DNA of 64,000 nt, taken from assembly GCF_009914755.1 (NCBI RefSeq), contig NC_060931.1, one strand, 5' to 3'. The DNA comes from the human T2T-CHM13v2.0 reference genome, Homo sapiens. A model generated the notes under the pieces. That model was not told where the DNA came from and did not search any database. It worked only from the letters and a program-made list of their open reading frames with translations. This document shows positions 58,578 through 64,000 of this stretch, one piece after another. Within the stretch, counting starts at the first letter, position 1, and each line of letters begins with the position of its first letter. Both the position numbers and the translations under genes were made by a program.

Positions 58578-58985
58578 CAGTCATGTGCCTCAAAAAGACA
58601 TTTTGGTCAATGACAGCCCACATATACGACCGTGGTCCCATAAGACTATGAAATGAAGCTGAAAAATTCCTATTGCCTACAGCTGTCATAGCTGTGGTAA
58701 CATCCTAGTGCAACGTGTTACCTTTTCTATGTTTAGATAGGTTTAGATATACAAATATTTACCACTGTGTTACAATTATCTACAGTATTCAGTACAGTCA
58801 CATGCTGTACAGGTTTGTAGCTTAGGAGCAATAGGCTGTACCATGTAACCTAGGTATGTAGATTACATGGTAGGCTAGATCATCTAGGTTTGTGTAAGTA
58901 CATTCTGTGATGTTCAAACAATGACAAAATTGCCTAATGACACATTTCTCAAAATGAATACACATTATTAAGTGATGCATGACTG
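58578..58985 (+). mobile_element. Tigger3/MER7 non-autonomous DNA transposon
   Basis: TIRs cagtcatg.../...catgactg; catatacgaccgtggtcccataaga. Confidence 0.85.
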
Positions 58986-59415
58986 ATTTTTTTCCTTTTA
59001 TATTTGAAAGTACATCTCTGGGATATATAGAGAATCTAATGATCAGCTCCTATTGTTACACAATCAGCTCCTATTGTGACAAGATTAAAGCTGGACAGGC
59101 ATCACATTAAAGACTTTTTGTGAACCCGTTAGAGAACTGAAATGAGAGAACAGGTCACAGGACACACAGCCATCTTGAAGAGAAACAGGTCCTTGCAGGG
59201 AAACTCCTGACCTGCTTATTTGCTTACCTGGGGGAGAAGCAAAGAAGCCCCTGGATATCATACACACTGAGAGAAACACGAAACGAGAAATTTTGTTTCC
59301 TATTGGCCTAGTATGACAGTGTGAGGCTCCTGGGAGCTGTAGTCATGGGGGGAGGAGACTTCCTCCTCCCTTTTCAGGTTTTCCTCCAGGAACTCCACCA
59401 AGCTCTCATAGGAAG

Positions 59416-59989
59416 TGTTACAGGTGGAGGGTTTTGACTACAAATTGTCCCAGTTCTTGGCATTTTGAACAAAGAACTGGACAAAATGCACAAACAAAGC
59501 AATGAAAGAAGAAAGCAACAAAAGCACAGATTTATTGAAATGAAAGTATGCTCCATAGAGTGGGAGTGGGTTCAAGAAAGCAATTCAAGAGCCCTGGTTA
59601 CAGAATTATCTGGGATTTAAATACCCTCTAGAGGTTTCCCATTGGTTACTTGGTTTACACCCTATGAAAATGAAGGAGCGGTCTTTGATCAGTTTGACTG
59701 GTTGTGGAAGGCAACAAATCAGAGGCTAAAGTGAAGTTACAAAGTTACACTTCTATGCAAATGAAGACTAGGCCCACGACCAGTCTGATTGGTTGTGGAA
59801 GAGGACCAATCAGAGGTATTTTTTATTTCTCATCCCTGATAGAGAGAGTGGGGGATTGCAAAGGGAGGAGCGCCTGTTCTTTTGTTACTTGGTAATGGAA
59901 AGTTGAAGTTTCCCTTTTGATTTAATTCTAGGAAGTCAGTGTGAATCAGCCTTAGATTCCCTGCCTCTAGACCCTATTCTCCCGCCTCA
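59416..59989 (-). mobile_element. MER51-like ERV1 solo LTR
   Basis: reverse start tgaggcgggagaatagggtctagaggcaggg; TSD gaag; several CCAAT boxes. Confidence 0.85.
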
Positions 59990-60295
59990 GAAGGATGGAG
60001 ATAATCCAGACGCATTGGCTGGGAAAGGGGAGTGGCAGCCACTGACAAAGCTCCAAAGAGATCCTTCTTCCTTACAGAAGAAAGAGCTTAATCTTCAGGC
60101 AGGAGTATATTGCCAGAGGCCACTCCCTGCAGCCCAAGCATCTCTTTCTCACATAAAGGAGGAAAAGAAACTCAATACAAAATCTTACTCTGCAGAGAGG
60201 AGAGTCTTAGGGTAGATTGAAAAATAAAGTACTGGAATTTATGCACTGCTGCATGGAAAAGGAATAAGGGTGGAGGGATTAAAAACTCTACTCTT

Positions 60296-60608
<313 letters not shown>

Positions 60609-60953
60609 CTACTCTTAGGTGAGGGCTAACACTTGTGAAGGCTACATCCCAAGACACAGGCCCATTGTACACTTCCAGAAATGGAGAGTTAATCAGAAAA
60701 CTACAAAACGCTCCCTATCCTCCATACCTTACCACCATGCTAACAAGCTTCCAGTAAGAATAATAGCAAGTCAATAACATCAAAATACAGATGCGAGAGC
60801 TCAAGAGGCAGAACACCAAAGGCAAAAAGAAAATCTTGAAATCAGCTACAGAGGGAAAGAAGCACCTTACCTACAGAGGAACAAGGACAAAAATAATGGC
60901 AGATTTCTTGTCAGAAACTACGCAACCAAGAAGACAGTGGAGTAATGCCTTTA

Positions 60954-61501
<548 letters not shown>

Positions 61502-62094
61502 TCAACTTTCCACGCCCAAGTAACAAAGAAAAAGGTTTTTTCCTCAGGCAGAAGGAATATTATTAAGGTAAGAAACTTAGATATACACAAAGAAATGAAG
61601 AGCATTAGTATTGAGATAAAAGTAAAATATAACTAAGAAAAATTTTAGTTGCTATAAAAAAATCACTGACTGCAGAAAGTAACAATAGTAGTTATATATT
61701 GGTGCTTATATCATATGCAAATGAGAAATACATGACACAGTAAAACAAGACATGGGAAGAAGGAAGTGGGAGTCGGGTATTTTGTTATAAGTTCCTTTCA
61801 CCATGCATGAAGAGATACGATATTATGATGAAACGTTATTATAATCAGAAATGGACTTAGATTATTTAAAAATGTATATTATAAACCATAAGGAAAACAC
61901 TAGAAAGGTTAAAAAGCACAAATAGTAAACTAATAGAGAAGATAAAACAGAATCACAAAAATTCTCATTAAAACCAGACGAGGCAAAAAAATAAAAATAA
62001 AAACCAACCAGTAAACAAGAAACAAAGAACAAATACAACAAAAAGAAAAGAGCTTGGAAACGTGGTTTTAGTCCAAATATATTACTAATTACTT

Positions 62095-62420
<326 letters not shown>

Positions 62421-62533
62421 TAAATGTGAATGATCTAAACACACCAGTTGAAAGACAGACATTGTCGGATTGGATTTTTTAAAAAATCAAGCCTCAACTA
62501 TATTTTATTTTGTATACAATATACTCACTTTAA

Positions 62534-62866
<333 letters not shown>

Positions 62867-63413
62867 TAAAAAGGGATGAAGAAAAATATACCATGAAAAC
62901 ATCAATGAAAAAAAGCAGGAGTCATCATATTAATGTTGGACAAATCACTACCGATCAATTTTAGACAAAATATAATCAACTAAGTCTAATTGACATTTAT
63001 AGAACACTTTATTCAACAATAGTAGAATACAAATTTATCTCAAGTACACAAGCAGCATTCATCCCAATAGATCATGTTCTGGGCTAAAAACAAACCTCAA
63101 AAAATGTAAAGGAATAGAAATAATACAATGGGCATTCTTGCATCATATCCAAATAGCACTAGAAATTGATAAGAGTTAGTCAGAAACGCCCAATGGTTAG
63201 GAATTTAAACACTATACTTTTAAATAGCCCATGGGTCAAAAAAGAGATGTCTTAAGGAAAATTTCAAAGTCTTTTGAAATGAAATAGAATAAATCAGAAT
63301 TTGTGGGATGCAGAATAAGTAGTCCTTAGAGGGAGATGTATAGCATTGAATACTTATACTCGACAAAGATGAAAAATCACAAAGTTGCTTAAATTTCTAC
63401 CTTAGGAAACTCA

Positions 63414-64000
<587 letters not shown>

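Overview
Primate genomic DNA, probably human or another catarrhine (AluY, AluS, AluJ, THE1, MST, Tigger1 and L1PB are all present). It is non-coding and dominated by repeats. I find no supportable host CDS, RNA gene, CRISPR array or prokaryotic system. The ORF track is chance ORFs plus decayed L1, L2, Tigger1, Alu and microsatellite translations. Many LTRs and Alus keep target-site duplications (TSDs) and are nested up to four deep. The striking signal that TE annotation does not explain is about ten short (39-280 bp) locally templated duplications, six inverted and four direct. Donor and copy lie 0.3-3.8 kb apart, and several copies cross TE/flank junctions or interrupt older repeats. Six are about 160-200 bp long, and identities run from about 80% to 100%, so this happened repeatedly over time. 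Subfamily names come from remembered consensus motifs and should be confirmed with RepeatMasker/Dfam. Percent identities are manual counts or by-eye estimates.
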